Assembly (NCBI GenBank): GCA_964001155.1
Contig: CAXFCD010000052.1
Span: forward strand, 1-37,849
DNA from: an uncultured bacterium
GTDB lineage: Bacteria > Fidelibacterota > Marinisomatia > Marinisomatales > UBA1611
DNA length: 37,849 nucleotides
Direction of reading: 5' to 3'
The notes below the pieces were generated by a model. The model saw only the letters and a list, made by a program, of their open reading frames with translations, ran no database searches and was not told the DNA's origin. The stretch's first letter is position 1. Each line of letters begins with the position of its first letter. Below are positions 34,707 to 37,849 of the stretch, in pieces. A program made the position numbers and the translations under genes.

Positions 34707-35203
34707 CAAACTTCATTCTTGCAGGATTAATCATGGCACCTTTATTCGAAAAATTTCCAGAGATTGGAAAACCTGCTCCCCACTTTTCATTAGAAGACCA
34801 AGATGGGAAAACCCATTCACTGGAGGAGTATAAAGGGAAGAAACTTGTGGTTTATTTTTTCCCAAAAGCAGACACACCAGGATGAGTGAAACAAGCATGC
34901 GGATTCCGGGATGAATCTCAAAAGTATGAAGAATTAAATATCGTTGTTTTGGGGATTAGTTATGATTCAAAAGAATCACTGAAATCCTTTCGAGAAAAAT
35001 ATAGAATCCCATTTAATTTTCTTTCAGATTCAGAAAAAGTGGTTGGGAAAAAATATGGAGTTAATAAATTTCTTTTCCCTTCGAGAAAAACATTTTTAAT
35101 TGATGAAGATGGGATACTTATTCGAATATTTCAAGACGTAAATTTGAATACACATCCTGAAGATGTTGTGAAAGCATTTAATGAAGTTTTAATTGGAGAA
35201 TAA
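34703..35203 (+). CDS. bcp: Selenocysteine-containing thiol peroxidase (Bcp/PrxQ-type peroxiredoxin); in-frame TGA at 34883-34885 read as Sec
   Basis: The two track ORFs (34703-34885 and 34886-35203) are in the same frame, separated only by TGA. Joined, they read VVYFFPKADTPG-U-VKQACGFRD, the Bcp active site (PKDxTPGCTxxACxFRD) with TGA exactly at the peroxidatic Cys. The rest (GISYDS...FREKYRIPFNFLSD...YGV...RKTFLIDEDG) is a complete thioredoxin-fold peroxiredoxin. Confidence 0.8.
34896..34928 (+). promoter_or_regulatory. Candidate bacterial SECIS hairpin for the bcp UGA
   Basis: It starts 10 nt after the UGA. Lower stem CAUGC/GUAUG (34896-34900 / 34924-34928, one G-U). Upper stem GGAUUC/GAAUCU (34901-34906 / 34913-34918, one G-U). 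3' bulge CAAAA. Apical loop CGGGAU. Confidence 0.5.
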
Positions 35204-35204
35204 C

Positions 35205-35435
35205 ATGAAAGTTTCTATTGAATATTGCGCCATGTGAAACTACCTGCCAAGAGCTTCCGGTCTGGAAGAAGAACTCAAATCAAAATTCCCGGGAATTGAC
35301 ACAAAACTCATTTCAAGTGGTGGCGGTGTTTATGAAGTGACACTGGATGGAAATCTCATTTTTTCCAAAAAAGCCTTAGATCGATTTCCGGAAGCTGGTG
35401 AAATAGAAAAATTGATCAAGGACAATTCCAACTGA
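35205..35435 (+). CDS. selW: SelW-like (Rdx family, SelW/SelT/SelH) selenoprotein, 76 aa, with a CxxU redox motif; not present in the ORF track
   Basis: The ATG at 35205 lies 1 nt after the bcp stop and has a GGAGA Shine-Dalgarno. Translation: MKVSIEYCAM-U-NYLPRASGLEEELKSKFPGIDTKLISSGGGVYEVTLDGNLIFSKKALDRFPEAGEIEKLIKDNSN. The TGA at 35235-35237 sits in the CxxU position. IEYCxxU, GGGxxEV, DGxLIxSK and RFPE are the Rdx-family hallmarks. Confidence 0.85.
35251..35276 (+). promoter_or_regulatory. Candidate bacterial SECIS hairpin for the selW-like UGA
   Basis: It starts 13 nt after the UGA. Lower stem GAG/CUC (35251-35253 / 35274-35276). Upper stem CUUCC/GGAAG (35254-35258 / 35264-35268). 3' bulge AAGAA. 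Apical loop GGUCU. Confidence 0.55.
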
Positions 35436-35436
35436 T

Positions 35437-36198
35437 TTGATTTTTAGCGTTCATTATAAAGGTCAGGATTACACACTAGATTCTGACCGAGGGATTGATT
35501 TGTCAATTCCAAATAATTTTGATGGAAAAAATCCGTCTTTTTATGGTGCAAAGTCTCCAGAAATAAAACCGGTTTTATCCGGTGATTTTATTGGTGATGT
35601 AAATAAGGGTGGGAGTTGTAATGTACCGGTAGCCACAGTTGATATTCATTGTTCCGGTACACACACCGAGTGCGAAGGTCATATCAACAATTCAGGATTG
35701 AGAATATCTGATGTTTGTCCGAGAGGATTTCTATTTTCTCAAATTATTTCAATTGAACCAGTTTTAAAATCTGATACAAATGAATCATATCATGTAGATT
35801 GTGAAAATGAATTAGTGATTTCATCCGAGTCAATTCGTAATAATCTTCATGAGGATATTGAAGCACTCATTCTTCGTACGTTGCCAAACACGGATGAAAA
35901 ATTGAGTCGAAATTATGATGAAAACCCAGCCCCTTTTTTGACAAATGATGCGATTGATTTTATATCAAAAAAAGGGATCCAACATGTATTGGTGGATGTG
36001 CCTTCAATTGATAGAGCCAATGATGTTGGAAAGTTAGGAAATCATCATCGATTTTTTGAATATGGGAAAACAATTTCCGAATTACTTTATATTCCAAACT
36101 CTATTCAAGATGGACTTGGATTTCTTCAAATCCAAATCCCCAATTGGGGATTAGATGCTGCCCCAAGTCGCCCCATTTTTTATTCTGTTATATTATAG
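35437..36198 (+). CDS. Putative cyclase / kynurenine-formamidase-family metal hydrolase (divergent)
   Basis: TTG start 1 nt after the selW-like stop. DIHCSGTHTECEGH resembles the cyclase-family HxGTHxDxPxH metal motif. HVLVDVPSIDRAN and HHRFFEYG resemble the downstream conserved blocks. Confidence 0.55.
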   Translation: MIFSVHYKGQDYTLDSDRGIDLSIPNNFDGKNPSFYGAKSPEIKPVLSGDFIGDVNKGGSCNVPVATVDIHCSGTHTECEGHINNSGLRISDVCPRGFLFSQIISIEPVLKSDTNESYHVDCENELVISSESIRNNLHEDIEALILRTLPNTDEKLSRNYDENPAPFLTNDAIDFISKKGIQHVLVDVPSIDRANDVGKLGNHHRFFEYGKTISELLYIPNSIQDGLGFLQIQIPNWGLDAAPSRPIFYSVIL

Positions 36199-36223
36199 TT
36201 ATTCTCTTAGCATTATTATTCTG

Positions 36224-36244
36224 TAAATTCTTCACTAGAATTTA
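36224..36244 (+). promoter_or_regulatory. Perfect 8-bp inverted repeat between the cyclase gene and the PAS-UbiA gene (weak terminator or operator)
   Basis: TAAATTCT-tcact-AGAATTTA. It lies 25 nt after the upstream stop and 22 nt before the ATG at 36267. Confidence 0.3.
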
Positions 36245-36266
36245 ATTATATAAGGATTATTATATT

Positions 36267-37544
36267 ATGAGCGAGCAAGTAAAAAGTATAATCACATGTG
36301 ATCTTGATGGAAAAGTGGAGACATTTAGCGATGGTGCAGAGAGTCTTTTTGGATATACTCAAGAAGAAGTGATCGCTAAAATGAGAGTGAGTGATTTCAG
36401 CAATGGACAGGTTGTATTGGGCCACGTTGTGGGCTGGCTGGCTGAAGCAGTAAAAAATGGCGCTTGGGAAGGCAATACGGTATTTTTGCACAAGGACGGT
36501 AGTGAATTACCTTGCCATATCAAAATTACACCCACAAAAGGAAAAGATGGCGTGCATATTGGCTATTGCGGTGTAACCACACCATTGCAAAATAAGACCG
36601 CGGACGAAGTCCGGCCAAAGATCAGTCTGATGACTAAGATCTTTACCTGGTTGGTAATTATGCGTTTACCCTTTTTAACTGCTACATTTGTCCCCATTTT
36701 TGTTGGTGCGGCTGTAGCAAAACTGGCTGGATTTCCTGTGGATTGGGGTTGGTTGGGTTTAACTCTGTTGGGTGGATCTCTTTTGCATATTGGAACCAAT
36801 ACGGCCAACGATTATTTTGATCACACCAGTGGTACAGATGAAGCAAATTATAATTATATGGTTCCATTCTCAGGTGGCAGCCGCAGTATTCAAATGGGCC
36901 TCATTACAGCAAAAGGAATGCTAACAGTGGCTATTGTGTCCTTTGTACTGAGTGCGGTTGTAGGTATTCCACTTATACAAAAAGCAGGGATACCAGTCTT
37001 GTGGTTGGGCTTGATTGGTTTTCTGTCCGGTTTATTCTATACAGCCCCACCTTTTCGTTTTGCATCTAGGAAAGGATTAGGTGAATTACTTATTGGACTC
37101 AATTTTGGCCCACTAATGGTTGCAGGCAGTGCTCTTATACAAACAGGAAAATTATTGCCGGACGCATTCCTAGCTGGAATTCCTATTGGTCTTCTGGTAG
37201 CTGCGATCGTATATGTAAACGAATTTCCGGATCATGATGGTGATAAAGCTACAGGGAAGAATACCTTGATTGTTGTCTTCGGCCCTGAAAAGGCTAGGAT
37301 TGGTTATGTCTTGTTGGTAGCAGGTGCCTTTATCAGTATCGTGGTCATGGCTTTGAATGGAACTTTTCCCATGCTGACCATGATCGCACTTGTGGCATCT
37401 TATTTTGGTGTGAGAGCAATCCAAATACTTTATAGATACTATGACGACCGCCTGTTGCAACCTGCAAATGCCGGTACGATCAATATGCACTTTATTACAG
37501 GAGTTCTATTTTGCATTGGAATCTGGCTGGGAGCACCTGTTTAA
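36267..37544 (+). CDS. N-terminal PAS-like domain fused to a UbiA-family (MenA-like) polyprenyltransferase
   Basis: Residues 1-~110 (ITCDLDGKVETFSDGAESLFGYTQEEVIAKM...WEGNTVFLHKDGSELPCHIKITPTKGKDGVHIGYCGV) look like a PAS fold. The remainder is polytopic, with the two UbiA Asp-rich motifs NTANDYFDHTSGTD and YVNEFPDHDGDKATGKNTL. Confidence 0.8.
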   Translation: MSEQVKSIITCDLDGKVETFSDGAESLFGYTQEEVIAKMRVSDFSNGQVVLGHVVGWLAEAVKNGAWEGNTVFLHKDGSELPCHIKITPTKGKDGVHIGYCGVTTPLQNKTADEVRPKISLMTKIFTWLVIMRLPFLTATFVPIFVGAAVAKLAGFPVDWGWLGLTLLGGSLLHIGTNTANDYFDHTSGTDEANYNYMVPFSGGSRSIQMGLITAKGMLTVAIVSFVLSAVVGIPLIQKAGIPVLWLGLIGFLSGLFYTAPPFRFASRKGLGELLIGLNFGPLMVAGSALIQTGKLLPDAFLAGIPIGLLVAAIVYVNEFPDHDGDKATGKNTLIVVFGPEKARIGYVLLVAGAFISIVVMALNGTFPMLTMIALVASYFGVRAIQILYRYYDDRLLQPANAGTINMHFITGVLFCIGIWLGAPV

Positions 37545-37571
37545 TCTTCAAAATTATTTCACCACATTCAT

Positions 37572-37600
37572 AAAAAGCCCCTGTGTATAGGGGCTTTTTA
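37572..37600 (+). terminator. Rho-independent terminator after the PAS-UbiA gene
   Basis: AAAAA-GCCCCT-gtgtat-AGGGGC-TTTTT. Stem AGCCCCT 37576-37582 pairs with AGGGGCT 37589-37595, followed by a T run. Confidence 0.75.
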
Positions 37601-37601
37601 T

Positions 37602-37630
37602 TTGCACTAAACTAAAAAATTTTGTAATAT
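37602..37630 (+). promoter_or_regulatory. Sigma-70-like promoter candidate, TTGCAC-N17-TAATAT
   Basis: Hexamers lie at 37602-37607 and 37625-37630 with a 17-nt spacer, directly after the terminator and about 100 nt upstream of the ATG at 37731. Confidence 0.3.
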
Positions 37631-37652
37631 ACTTACGAGTAACTTACGAGTA
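37631..37652 (+). repeat. Perfect tandem direct repeat, 2 x 11 bp (ACTTACGAGTA)
   Basis: ACTTACGAGTA at 37631-37641 is repeated exactly at 37642-37652, in non-coding sequence. Confidence 0.9.
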
Positions 37653-37730
37653 TATTTATAAAACACAAAGGGCGCAGAGTTCTCTAAGGAAAAGCCTTTG
37701 TAATCTTGGTGAACTCTGTGTTTAAAACTG

Positions 37731-37849
37731 ATGAAAAAGAAAATAAAAAAACAACCATCCTTAGCTGTGATTCGGGCAGTGGCCAGGCTCAAGGAACATG
37801 AATATAAAAAAACATCCCAATCCATTGTTTGGGATGGCAAATCTATCAC
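37731..37849 (+). CDS. Possible 5' end of a gene running off the window (MKKKIKKQPSLAVIRAVARLKEHEYKKTSQSIVWDGKSI...)
   Basis: The frame is open from the ATG at 37731 to the window end, preceded by the promoter-like and structured leader sequence. It is too short to assign, and a competing minus-strand ORF exists. Confidence 0.3.
   Translation, partial: MKKKIKKQPSLAVIRAVARLKEHEYKKTSQSIVWDGKSI

Noticed and set aside
34883-34885. Interpretation of the split bcp as a pseudogene or a sequencing error
   Set aside because: The stop is TGA, it sits exactly on the peroxidatic Cys column, and both halves stay in frame and intact. A hairpin follows, and the very next gene has a second TGA at a CxxU redox position. 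A random nonsense mutation would not be expected to reproduce all of this. It is still unverified without the selABCD genes.
34886-35203. ORF-track call of an independent 105-aa protein starting at the GTG at 34886
   Set aside because: It would begin inside the peroxiredoxin active-site motif and would lack the N-terminal beta-strands of the thioredoxin fold. It is the C-terminal part of the Sec-containing bcp.
1-37849. Genome-wide TGA reassignment (genetic code 4 or 25) as the explanation for the in-frame TGAs
   Set aside because: All other long ORFs are uninterrupted under the standard code. TGA is also used as a true stop here, for example the hemolysin-III-family gene at 34704-34706 and the selW-like gene at 35433-35435. 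TGA is therefore not a general sense codon.
37607-37849. 80-aa minus-strand ORF at the right edge
   Set aside because: It runs through the promoter-like, tandem-repeat and hairpin region, has a poly-Phe low-complexity segment and matches no family. The plus-strand partial ORF is at least preceded by plausible signals. Neither can be confirmed from this window.
1-37849. Search for CRISPR arrays, tRNA/rRNA genes, IS elements, integrases, toxin-antitoxin or known defence-system genes
   Set aside because: I saw no regularly spaced direct repeats, no cloverleaf-like or rRNA-like segments, and no transposase, integrase or nuclease/ATPase defence signatures in any of the long ORFs. The only exact tandem repeat is the 2 x 11 bp at 37631-37652.

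Overview
This is a 37.8-kb, low-GC, densely coding window from a Gram-negative bacterium that uses a type IX secretion system (T9SS). Five proteins carry clear Por/T9SS-type C-terminal sorting domains and a sixth carries a divergent one. A PorV-family barrel and a CarboxypepD_reg-type TonB-dependent receptor are also present. The source is therefore most likely an uncultivated member of the FCB superphylum, though this taxonomy is inference only. Nt 1-31365 read as one large peptidoglycan (murein) scavenging and recycling locus. It holds a NagZ-like GH3 fused to a beta-lactamase-fold hydrolase, a GHL10 hydrolase, LdcA, PBP4/DacB, an M23 peptidase, a PGRP-type amidase, NamZ (DUF1343), GH18, a DUF1460/AmiA-like amidase and LysA. 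It also holds a class-I GATase-like protein, four transport systems (SSF, APC, SpmAB, TonB-dependent receptor) and a receptor / 1140-aa protein / PorV-like triad. Nt 31400-37600 hold housekeeping-type genes: cytochrome c5, PAP2, KdsD, hemolysin-III family, a cyclase-family protein and a PAS-UbiA fusion. This region also contains two adjacent selenoprotein genes that the ORF track misses or splits. One is a Bcp peroxiredoxin with TGA at the peroxidatic Cys position. The other is an uncalled SelW-like CxxU protein. Each TGA is followed by a SECIS-like hairpin. I recognised no rRNA, tRNA, CRISPR array, transposase or integrase. All family calls come from motif recognition by eye; no searches were run.
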